A stretch of DNA of 64,000 nt from Eledone cirrhosa (Eukaryota), in assembly GCA_964016885.1 (NCBI GenBank), contig OZ024740.1, forward strand, positions 72,664,001-72,728,000. The letters run 5' to 3'. Under the pieces are notes generated by a model that made no database searches, was not told where the DNA came from, and was given only the letters and a program-made list of their open reading frames with translations. Both the position numbers and the translations under genes were made by a program. Every line of letters starts with the position of its first letter. Position 1 is the first letter of the stretch. This document shows, piece after piece, positions 28,028 to 41,000 of this stretch.

Positions 28028-28157
28028 CTTTCTACTTGCTGCATGCATTATCTGCATTAGCGATAAAAAGTCTTCACATTTTCCAGAAACTTCTTTTCTT
28101 CTTTCACCCTATTTCTTCTGCTGCCGTGGAAGCATGTTAGAAGCATATTTCAGCACT

Positions 28158-30946
28158 TCACACTACACTGCACCACACCACACTGCACCAAACCACACTA
28201 CACCACACTGCACCACACCATACTGCACCATACCACACTACACCACACCACACCACACTACACTACACCACACTACACCACACTGCACCACACCACACTA
28301 CACCACACTGCACCACACCATATTGCACCACACCACACTACACCACACCACACTACACTACACCACACTGCACCACACCACACTACACCACACTGCACCA
28401 CACCATATTGCACCACACCACACTACACCACACCACACTACACCACACTGCACCACACCACACTACACCACACCACACCGCACTACACTACACCACACCA
28501 CACTACACCACACCACACTACACCACACTGCACCACACCACACTACACCACACCACACCGCACTACACTACACCACACCACACTACACCACACTACACCA
28601 CACCACACCACACTACACCACACCACACCACACTGCACCACACCACACTACACCACACCACACCACACCACACTACACTACACCACACTACACCACACTG
28701 CACCACACCACACTACACCACACTGCACCACACCACACTGCACCACACCACACTACACCACACCACACTACACTACACCACACCACACTACACCACACTG
28801 CACCACACCACACTACACCACACCACACCGCACTACACTACACCACACCACACTACACCACACCACACTACACCACACCACACTACACCACACCACACTA
28901 CACCACACCACACTACACCACACTACACTACACCACACTGCACCACACCACACTGCACCACACCACACTACACCACACTACACTACACCACACCACACTA
29001 CACTACACCACACCACACCACTCCACACCACACCACACCACACTACACCACACTACACCACACCACTCCACACCACACCACACCACACCACACCACACCA
29101 CACTACACCACACCACACTACACCACACCACACCACACCACACCACACCACACCACACTACACCACACCACTCCACACCACACCACACCACACCACACCA
29201 CACTACACTACACCCCACCACACCACACCACGCCACACTACACCACACCACACCACACCACACCACACCACACCACACTACACCACACCACACTACACCA
29301 CACCACACTACACCACTCCACACCACACCACGCCATACTACACCACACCACACCACACTACACCACACCACACCACACTACACCACACCACACCACATCA
29401 CACTACACCACACCACACTACACCACACCACACTGCACCACACCACACTACACCACACCACACTACACTACACCACACCACACCACACCACACTACACCA
29501 CACTGCACCACACCACACCACACCACACCACACCACACCACACCACACCACACTACACTACACCACACCACACCACGCCCCACTACACCACACTACACTA
29601 CACCACACTACACCACACCACACCACACCACACCACACTACACCACTCCACACCACACCACGCCACACTACACCACACTACACCACACCACACCACACTA
29701 CACCACACCACACCACACCACACTACACCACACCACACCACACTACACCACACCACACCACACTACACTACACTACACCACACTACACTACACCACGCCA
29801 CACTACACCACACCACACCACACTGCACCACACCACACCACACTATACCACACTACACCACACTACACTACACCCCGCCACACTACACCACACCACACCA
29901 CACTACACCACACCACACCACACAATGCCACACCACACCACACCACACCACACTACACCACACCACACTACACTACACTACACCACACTACACTACACCA
30001 CGCCACACTACACCACACCACACCACACCACACTACACCACGCCACACTACACCACACCATACCACACCACACTACACCACACCACACCACACTACACTA
30101 CACCACGCCACACTACACCACACCACACCACACCACACCACACCACACCACACCACACCACACTACACTACACCACGCCACACTACACCACACCACACCC
30201 CGCCACACCACACCACACCACACCACACCACACTACACCACACCACACAATGCCACACCACACCACACTACACCACACCACACCACACCACACTACACCA
30301 CACCACACCACACCACACTACACTACACTACACCACACTACACTACACCACGCCACACTACACCACACCACACCACACCACACCACACCACACCACACTA
30401 CACTACACCACGCCACACTACACCACACCACACCACACCACACTACACCACACCACACCACACCACTCCACACCACACCACACCACACCACACTACACCA
30501 CACTACACTACACCACACCACACTACACCACACCACACCACACCACACTACACTACACCACGCCACACTACACCACACCACACCACACTACACTACACCA
30601 CGCCACACTACACCACACCACACTGCACCACTCCACACCACACCACACCACACTACACCACACCACACCACGCCACACTACACCACACCACACCACACCA
30701 CACCACACTACACCACACTACACCACACCACACCACACTACACCACACCACACCACACTACACCACACCACACCACACCACACTACACCACGCCACACTA
30801 CACCACACTACACCACACCACACCACACCACTCCACACCACACCACACCACACTACACCACACCACACCACGCCACACTACACCACACCACACCACACAA
30901 TACCACACTACACCACACTACACCACACTACACCACATATCACCAC
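28158..30946. repeat. 5-bp satellite (CACCA/CACTA)n
   Basis: Direct reading; source of the spurious 997-aa and 898-aa H/T/P ORFs. Confidence 0.97.
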
Positions 30947-31482
30947 AACACTTTAGTGAGAAGGAACCACACCAAACACTGATATCTTCAATACTTGGTC
31001 GCCACATTTCCTTGTTTAGCGTCATCTCTCTAATACATTTACTATCAGGTTTAATCATGTGGATCGTTTTGAAAAGTGAGGCTCTTAAATTAGGAAGATT
31101 TTGAAAAGAAAATAATATCACTATCACCTTCACCGCCGCTACCGTCACCACTTCCACCATAATTACCACTGCCACCGTCACCACTTCCACCGACGCCACT
31201 GCCACCCCCACCATCGTCACCAACTATTTAGGAGAAGGACACACCAAAGTAAAGCCTACAAACCGAGGATCTTGCTGTCGCCGTCCTAGCTATGACTGTC
31301 GCTTAACTAGCTATGATTGTCGAACTCCCGGTGTAAAGAGTGGAGTTGACTTTTTGAGGGCAAAGGAAACATCCTGTAAATATGTGTGTATATCTGATTG
31401 TGTTAATTGACTGGTCAAGAGTTCAAATGGGGATAGGGAATTGTAAGCTAGAAGCAAATTCTATGGCAGCAGGGTTAAATAA

Positions 31483-31963
31483 TCATATTGATGGCCTCCC
31501 CACAGCCCCGGCGGACAGAATGGAGAAGGCGTTTCCCCGGAGGGTGGTAAGGGAGACGCGCTGGAAGAGCCATTCCAACTCGCGAAGCTCACAGCTGTGG
31601 CTGGCCATCTCAGCGCCTATGGTGGTGAGCAGGGAGGTAGCCCTAGGGCCGAGGACACCAGAAGTCTCCACTGCCAAGGGTATGACCTGTCGGAGAGCGA
31701 CCGGTATTTGGAGAGTTTGGCCTTCTCAGCCCGACGTGCAGCAGAACCTGGGTTAGTCGCTGACTGCACCAGGTTGCGGCTGGAGAAAGTGTCGCTGCAA
31801 GTGGCATCCCAGACGAGGCGTTTGCCACGGCGGAACGGGAAGATGGTCATACCGTCTGGCCTTTTGCCGTCCCCTCGGTCCAGCCCCACCGGCTCGAGCT
31901 GGGAAGGGAAGCCTGCAGCGTCCAAGCCATGCTTTATGACCTCGTTGAGAGCAGGATGGCGTG
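31483..31963 (-). pseudogene. CRE-clade non-LTR retrotransposon 3' fragment: restriction-like (PD-D/ExK) endonuclease, frameshifted at about 31680
   Basis: RHPALNEVIK...LEPVGLDRGDGKRPDG...LVWDATCSDT...AARRAEKAKLSKY, then AVETSGVLG...LFQRVSLTTLRGNAFSIL; typical of CRE RLE domains. Confidence 0.85.
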
Positions 31964-31984
31964 AAGTATTGTATAATTTTCCCG

Positions 31985-32075
31985 GGATTCTGTGTTCTGA
32001 GTTCAAACCCCACTGAGATCCACTTTGTCTTTCATTCTTTCGGGGGTCAATAAAGAAAGCACCAGCTAAGTGTTA
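31985..32075 (+). mobile_element. SINE fragment
   Basis: TTCTGAGTTCAAA...CTTTCATTCTTTCGGGGGTCAATAAAGAAAGCACCAG, same family as 48640. Confidence 0.65.
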
Positions 32076-32411
32076 GTGCTGCCCTCTCTCCTTCCAACTG
32101 TCACAATCTGGATGTTCCACTGGATTAAGGTTGGGAGAGTCAAGAGGCTGTCTGTGTCTGCTCACAACTGTAAAGGCACTTAAACCTCTAGTGAAAGCAC
32201 TGTAAATAGTACCAAGTTATACTTTATTGAGAGTGACGGCTGTAGTAGAGTTGTCCACACCTGTTTGTGCTGGATCAGCCAAATGCGGCATCAGTCGAAG
32301 AGGGCTCTATATTTATGTGGCCATCAGATGTGTTAGAAATAACAGCCAAATAACCTACATGTCTCGGGCTTTGAAACCTGGCGGATTCCATCTGTAATCA
32401 GTTCTGAATAC

Positions 32412-32474
<63 letters not shown>

Positions 32475-32715
32475 TGTGTGTGTGAGAGAGAGAGAGGGTG
32501 AGAGTGTGTGTGTGTGTGTGAGAGAGAGAGAGAATCGACCTCAGAATGAGTCACTGGTACTTTATTTCAACTCAGTTTCTAGAGAACCGTAAGGTATACC
32601 ACCATCATACTATTCGACGTTCTAACGACTCTGCCACTTCGCCGCCTTACATTGTATATCGCCTCCAATACTTTTGATGGTATGTCTGCTCAGTTAAGAC
32701 CCGAGACTAAGCAAA

Positions 32716-32930
32716 GGCAACAGTAACATCAACAACAACAGTAACAGCAACAGTAACAACAACAGTTACAGCAGTAACAATAACGACAACAGCAACAACA
32801 ACAACAATAACAACAACAGTGACAACATCAACAACAGTAACAACAGTAGTTATAACAGTAACATCAACACCACCAACAGCAACTGTACCAATAACAACAT
32901 CAGCAACAACACTAACAACAGCAGTAACAT
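32716..32930. repeat. Degenerate (AAC/AGC/AGT) trinucleotide tract
   Basis: Direct reading. Confidence 0.8.
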
Positions 32931-34103
32931 TATTATGTAAATAAACATCTCTCTAATAGCTAAAGACTCACTAATCCTATTTTGTACACATTTTTCATTG
33001 CTTAAAAAAATCCCAATCAAACCGTCACAGCATCCAATTTGCTACCGGCATGCAGTGTCCTACAACTTCCGGTGCAATTTGTGATGAATTTGGTAATAAC
33101 ATTTACAAGATGGCCGAGACTTAGCTTTTGAAACATACCTGAGAAAGAAATAAAGAAAGAAAGAATTAAAGAAAGAAAAGATTCTATACATATATCGAAA
33201 TGGAACAGAATGCTAAAATCAAAGAATAAAAAAGCCATTCCTTCCGTCTCCTGTAGGTAATACATAATTAAGAATAGGAATATTTATCTTATTTACTTTA
33301 TTTCTAAATCTCATGTGACCCCGTAGTAGTTTTATGTTCCTCAGTTTTATGCTCAGGCCTAGTCTAGAGTGTAAGTATATTACAGTTCATTAGACTCCCA
33401 TAGCATGTATTTGAAGAGGAAACACTGAGAAGTAGATGGGCCACTTTCATTTAGATTGAGGGGGGATGTAAATCGATTGAATTTATGGCAACATAATGGA
33501 ATGGTTTCTTCAAAGGTAGAATACTCAACACAATAAGAACAATTGATGAACAATTTCTTAATCGAAAATGAAGAATAGAAAATTGATTTGATAAAAGAAC
33601 CTGAAGAGAAAGAGTTGATATTAAAAGCAAGAAATAACACAATTGAAGAAGTTAAGAAATGGCAACAGATGTGAGTGAATCCCGACTGATGTGTTGTGTT
33701 GTGTTATGTTGAAAACAAACACTTCTTTACACCTCATCATCAACGTCAACAGAGAGTGTAGGGTAGTATAGTGTAACATTGTGTTGTGTTGCTTTCATAA
33801 TTAACTACTTAAATAACTGCGGTCGTTTTCTCCCGGAGAATTGCAGTCCGAGATTTTTCCTGATTAGTGATCGCCTTTATATAGGTTCTTTGTCTGTGAA
33901 TAAAAGCACTAATTTATCTTACTTTGTGCTTTCTTGTTAATGGGGAAAGTACTGGAGAGAAAGCGATAGCTACAGATAATATATATATATAGAGAGAGAG
34001 ATGGATAGATAGATCGATAGATAGGTAGATAGATTGGCAGGTAGATAGATAGGTACATAGATAGATAAGTAGGGGGATGGATGGATATATAGATAGGCAG
34101 ATT

Positions 34104-34137
<34 letters not shown>

Positions 34138-34408
34138 GATAGATAAAGTTAGCAAGACAATAGGAAAGTTTTGAAAACTGCCTCATACTTCACAGTAAAT
34201 TTGCTAACAGCTCTATTATAAGGGGGAATATTTATTGTTGATTTCTAGTTAACTGATCTCAATATGAAGATAAGATAACAGGAAATGAGAGCCACTGTGT
34301 CATCTTTTGCTCGCAATAATTTCAGAAATGTTTCAACGTCTCCGATCAAAGACAAATCATTAAGTCAAACACTTCTCTATATTCTACCATGAACTACCGT
34401 CACAAAAG

Positions 34409-35070
34409 TGAAGGCACATAGTTTAGTATTTAAGCTCTCCAGTTCACGACTTAACGGTCGTGAGTTTGATTTCCAAACGGAGCAGTGTGTAGAGGACTTG
34501 GTGCCAATTGACCCCCAATACCCAAACAGTTTCCCAGCCTAGCTTTAAACAGTTATCTATCGATAGTCGATAAGGTCCCTGACCTCGTTCGCTTAACGAG
34601 TAGAGTGGAGCTCGTCAAATCGGACCGAGGAAACAATGTTTCCACTGGTCTTTCTAATTGCTAATGTATCTGTCGGCTGCAAATCCAGGCAGAAGGAGCA
34701 ACGTGAAATAAAGTGTCTTACATAGCGCATCACCCGGTCTGGGAATCGAACTCACAACCTCACGATTGCGAATCCAATTCTCTGGCCACTCAGTCACGCG
34801 CCTTCACAGTTATCTATACAGAATGCTTAAGGTATCACATATGAAAGCACGTAGCTTAGTGGTAAGGATGTTTAGCTCACGATCACAAGATCTTGATTTT
34901 GATTTCTAGCGCCGCGTTGTGTTGTGGAGCAAGGCACCTCATTTTACAATCCTCCGGTTCACCCAGTTTGCAAAAATGTGTTACATCTGAATTTATCGGG
35001 CTAGCCATGTCTCTCACAGTTTTACTCTGAATCTCCATGAGAACTACGTTAAGGATACACGTGTCTGTGT
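34409..35070. mobile_element. Cluster of three tRNA-derived SINE copies (plus 34409-34500, minus 34690-34808, plus 34843-35070)
   Basis: Shared head GTGAAGGCGCGTG.CT.AGTGG ... GTGAGTTCGATTCC with A- and B-box-like motifs. Confidence 0.7.
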
Positions 35071-35084
35071 AATAATTATAGGAT

Positions 35085-38000
35085 GTCTGTCTTAAAACCT
35101 TTTAATATGTTAGGATGGTGGAAGATATTTTAATGTTAGACCGGTGAATGTCAGTCATAAGATTATTTAATGTGTTAGGATGGTTGATGTCAGTCATAAG
35201 ATATTTTAATGTTAGGACGGTTGATGTCAGTGATAAGATATTTTAATGTTAGGACGGTTGATGTCAGTCATGAGATATTTTAATGTTAGGACGGTTGATG
35301 TCAGTCTTAAGATATTTTAATGTTAGGACGGTTGATGTCAGTCATAAGATATTTTAATGTTAGGACAGTGGATGTCAGTCATAAGATATTTTAATGTTAG
35401 GACGGTTGATGTCAGTCATAAGATATTTTAATGTTAGGACAGTGGATGTCAGTCATAAGATATTTTAATGTTAGGACAGTGGATGTCAGTCATGAGATAT
35501 TTTAATGTTAGGACGGTTGATGTCAGTCATAAGATATTTTAATGTTAGGACAGTGGATGTCAGTCATAAGATATTTTAATGTTAGGACAGTGGATGTCAG
35601 TCATAAGATATTTTAATGTTAGGACGGTTGATGTCAGTCATAAGATATTTTAATGTTAGGACGGTGGATGTCAGTCTTAAGATATTTTAATATGTTAGGA
35701 CAGTTGATATCAATAATAAAATTGTTTAATATGTTATGACAACGGATGTCAGTCATAAGATATTTCGATATGTTAGGATGGTGGAAGATATTTTAATGTT
35801 AGGACGGTTGATGTCAGTCATAAGATATTTCAATATGTTAGGATGGTGGAAGATATTTTAATGTTAGGACGGTTGATGTCAGTCATAAGATATTTTAATC
35901 TTAGGACAGTGGATGTCAGTCATAAGATATTTTAATGTTAGGACGGTTGATGTCAGTCATAAGATATTTTAATGTTAGGACAGTGGATGTCAGTCATAAG
36001 ATATTTTAATGTTAGGACAGTGGATGTCAGTCATAAGATATTTTAATGTTAGGACGGTTGATGTCAGTCATAAGATATTTTAATGTTAGGACGGTTGATG
36101 TCAGTCATAAGATATTTTAATGTTAGGACGGTTGATGTCAGTCATAAGATATTTTAATGTTAGGACAGTGGATGTCAGTCATAAGATATTTTAATGTTAG
36201 GACGGTTGATGTCAGTCATAAGATATTTTAATGTTAGGACGGTTGATGTCAGTCATAAGATATTTTAATGTTAGGACGGTTGATGTCAGTCATTAGATAT
36301 TTTAATGTTAGGACCGTTGATGTCAGTCATAAGATATTTTAATGTTAGGACAGTGGATGTCAGTCATAAGATATTTTAATGTTAGGACGGTTGATGTCAG
36401 TCATAAGATATTTTAATGTTAGGACGGTTGATGTCAGTCATAAGATATTTTAATGTTAGGACGGTTGATGTCAGTCTTAAGATATTTTAATGTTAGGACG
36501 GTTGATGTCAGTCTTAAGATATTTTAATGTTAGGACGGTTGATGTCAGTCATAAGTAATTTTAATGTTAGGACGGTTGATGTCAGTCATAAGATATTTCA
36601 ATATGTTAGGATGGTGGAAGATATTTTAATGTTAGGACGGTTGATGTCAGTCATAAGATATTTTAATGTTAGGACAGTGGATGTCAGTCATAAGATATTT
36701 TAATGTTAGGACGGTTAATGTCAGTCATAAGATATTTTAATGTTAGGACGGTTGATGTCAGTCATAAGATATTTTAATGTTAGGACGGTTGATGTCAGTC
36801 ATAAGATATTTTAATGTTAGGACAGTGGATGTCAGTCATAAGACATTTTAATGTTAGGACGGTTGATGTCAGTCATAAGATATTTTAATGTTAGGACAGT
36901 GGATGTGAGTCATAAGATATTGTAATGTTAGGACAGTGGATGTCAGTCATAAGATATTTTAATGTTAGGACGGTTGATGTCAGTCATAAGATATTTTAAT
37001 GTTAGGACGGTTGATGTCAGTCATAAGATATTTTAATGTTAGGACGGTTGATGTCAGTCTTAAGATATTTTAATGTTAGGACGGTTGATGTCAGTCTTAA
37101 GATATTTTAATGTTAGGACGGTTGATGTCAGTCATAAGATATTTTAATGTTAGGACAGTGGATGTCAGTCATCAGATATTTTAATGTTAGGACGGTTGAT
37201 GTCAGTCATAAGATATTTTAATGTTAGGACGGTTGATGTCAGTCATAAGATATTTTAATGTTAGGACGGTTGATGTCAGTCATAAGATATTTTAATGTTA
37301 GGACAGTGGATGTCAGTCATAAGACATTTTAATGTTAGGACGGTTGATGTCAGTCATAAGATATTTTAATGTTAGGACGGTTGATGTCAGTCATAAGATA
37401 TTTTAATGTTAGGACAGTGGATGTCAGTCATAAGAGATTTTAATGTTAGGACGGTTGATGTCAGTTATAAGATATTTTAATGTTAGGACGGTTGATGTCA
37501 GTCATAAGATATTTTAATGTTAGGACGGTTGATGTCAGTCTTAAGATATTTTAATGTTAGGACGGTTGATGTCAGTCTTAAGATATTTTAATGTTAGGAC
37601 GGTTGATGTCAGTCATAAGATATTTTAATGTTAGGACGGTTGATGTCAGTCATAAGATATTTCAATATGTTAGGATGGTGGAAGATATTTTAATGTTAGG
37701 ACGGTTGATGTCAGTCATAAGATATTTTAATGTTAGGACAGTGGATGTCAGTCATAAGATATTTTAATGTTAGGACGGTTGATGTCAGTCATAAGATATT
37801 TTAATGTTAGGACGGTTGATGTCAGTCATAAGATATTTTAATGTTAGGACGGTTGATGTCAGTCATAAGATATTTTAATGTTAGGACAGTGGATGTCAGT
37901 CATAAGATATTGTAATGTTAGGACAGTGGATGTCAGTCATAAGATATTTTAATGTTAGGACGGTTGATGTCAGTCATAAGATATTTTAATGTTAGGACGG

Positions 38001-41000
38001 TTGATGTCAGTCATAAGATATTTTAATGTTAGGACGGTTGATGTCAGTCATAAGATATTTTAATGTTAGGACGGTTGATGTCAGTCTTAAGATATTTTAA
38101 TGTTAGGACGGTTGATGTCAGTCTTAAGATATTTTAATGTTAGGACGGTTGATGTCAGTCATAAGATATTTTAATGTTAGGACAGTGGATGTCAGTCATA
38201 AGATATTTTAATGTTAGGACGGTTGATGTCAGTCATAAGATATTTTAATGTTAGGACAGTGGGTGTCAGTCATAAGATATTTTAATGTTAGGACAGTGGA
38301 TGTCAGTCATAAGATATTTTAATGTTAGGACGGTTGATGTCAGTCATAAGATATTTTAATGTTAGGACGGTGGATGTCAGTCTTAAGATATTTTAATATG
38401 TTAGGACAGTTGATATCAATAATAAAATTGTTTAATATGTTATGACAACGGATGTCAGTCATAAGATATTTCAATATGTTAGGATGGTGGAAGATATTTT
38501 AATGTTAGGACGGTTGATGTCAGTCATAAGATATTTTAATGTTAGGACGGTTGATGTCAGTCATAAGATATTTTAATGTTAGGACAGTGGATGTCAGTCA
38601 TAAGATATTTTAATGTTAGGACAGTGGATGTCAGTCATAAGATATTTTAATGTTAGGACAGTGGATGTCAGTCATAAGATATTTTAATGTTAGGACGGTT
38701 GATGTCAGTCATAAGATATTTTAATGTTAGGACAGTGGATGTCAGTCATAAGATATTTTAATGTTAGGACGGTTGATGTCAGTCATAAGATATTTTAATG
38801 TTAGGACGGTTGATGTCAGTCATAAGATATTTTAATGTTAGGACGGTTGATGTCAGTCATAAGATATTTCAATATGTTAGGATGGTGGAAGATATTTTAA
38901 TGTTAGGAGGGTTGATGTCAGTCATAAGATATTTTAACATTAGGATGGTTGATGTCAGTCATAAGATATTTTAATGTTAGGACGGTTGATGTCAGTCATA
39001 AGATATTTTAATGTTAGGACAGTGGATGTCAGTCATAAGATATATTAATGTTAGGACAGTGGATGTCAGTCATAAGATATTTTAATGTTAGGACAGTGGA
39101 TGTCAGTCATAAGATATTTTAATGTTAGGACGGTTGATGTCAGTCATAAGATATTTTAATGTTAGGACAGTGGATGTCAGTCATAAGATATTTTAATGTT
39201 AGGACAGTGGATGTCAGTCATAAGATATTTTAATGTTAGGACGGTTGATGTCAGTCATAAGATATTTTAATGTTAGGACGGTGGATGTCAGTCATAAGAT
39301 ATTTTAATGTTAGGACAGTGGATGTCAGTCATAAGATATTTTAATGTTAGGACGGTTGATGTCAGTCATAAGATATTTTAATGTTAGGACAGTGGGTGTC
39401 AGTCATAAGATATTTTAATGTTAGGACAGTGGATGTCAGTCATAAGATATTTTAATGTTAGGACGGTTGATGTCAGTCATAAGATATTTTAATGTTAGGA
39501 CGGTGGATGTCAGTCTTAAGATATTTTAATATGTTAGGACAGTTGATATCAATAATAAAATTGTTTAATATGTTATGACAACGGATGTCAGTCATAAGAT
39601 ATTTCAATATGTTAGGATGGTGGAAGATATTTTAATGTTAGGACGGTTGATGTCAGTCATAAGATATTTTAATGTTAGGACGGTTGATGTCAGTCATAAG
39701 ATATTTTAATGTTAGGACAGTGGATGTCAGTCATAAGATATTTTAATGTTAGGACAGTGGATGTCAGTCATAAGATATTTTAATGTTAGGACAGTGGATG
39801 TCAGTCATAAGATATTTTAATGTTAGGACGGTTGATGTCAGTCATAAGATATTTTAATGTTAGGACAGTGGATGTCAGTCATAAGATATTTTAATGTTAG
39901 GACGGTTGATGTCAGTCATAAGATATTTTAATGTTAGGACGGTTGATGTCAGTCATAAGATATTTTAATGTTAGGACGGTTGATGTCAGTCATAAGATAT
40001 TTCAATATGTTAGGATGGTGGAAGATATTTTAATGTTAGGACGGTTGATGTCAGTCATAAGATATTTTAACATTAGGATGGTTGATGTCAGTCATAAGAT
40101 ATTTTAATGTTAGGACGGTTGATGTCAGTCATAAGATATTTTAATGTTAGGACAGTGGATGTCAGTCATAAGATATATTAATGTTAGGACAGTGGATGTC
40201 AGTCATAAGATATTTTAATGTTAGGACAGTGGATGTCAGTCATAAGATATTTTAATTTTAGGACGGTTGATGTCAGTCATAAGATATTTTAATGTTAGGA
40301 CGGTTGATGTCAGTCATAAGATATTTTAATGTTAGGACGGTTGATGTCAGTCTTAAGATATTTTAATGTTAGGACGGTTGATGTCAGTCTTAAGATATTT
40401 TAATGTTAGGACGGTTGATGTCAGTCATAAGATATTTTAATGTTAGGACGGTTGATGTCAGTCATAAGATATTTCAATATGTTAGGATGGTGGAAGATAT
40501 TTTAATGTTAGGACGGTTGATGTCAGTCATAAGATATTTTAATGTTAGGACAGTGGATGTCAGTCATAAGATATTTTAATGTTAGGACGGTTGATGTCAG
40601 TCATAAGATATTTTAATGTTAGGACGGTTGATGTCAGTCATAAGATATTTTAATGTTAGGACGGTTGATGTCAGTCATAAGATATTTTAATGTTAGGACA
40701 GTGGATGTCAGTCATAAGATATTTTAATGTTAGGACGGTTGATGTCAGTCATAAGATATTTTAATGTTAGGACGTTTGATGTCAGTCATAAGATATTTTA
40801 ATGTTAGGACGGTTGATGTCAGTCATAAGATATTTTAATGTTAGGACAGTGGATGTCAGTCATAAGATATTGTAATGTTAGGACAGTGGATGTCAGTCAT
40901 AAGATATTTTAATGTTAGGACGGTTGATGTCAGTCATAAGATATTTTAATGTTAGGACGGTTGATGTCAGTCATAAGATATTTTAATGTTAGGACGGTTG

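Noticed and set aside
21159-31104. W/G/M/V-rich and H/T/P-rich ORFs up to 997 aa (mucin-like or His-rich protein-like)
   Set aside because: They derive from 8-bp and 5-bp satellites whose periods are not multiples of 3, and they overlap in several frames.
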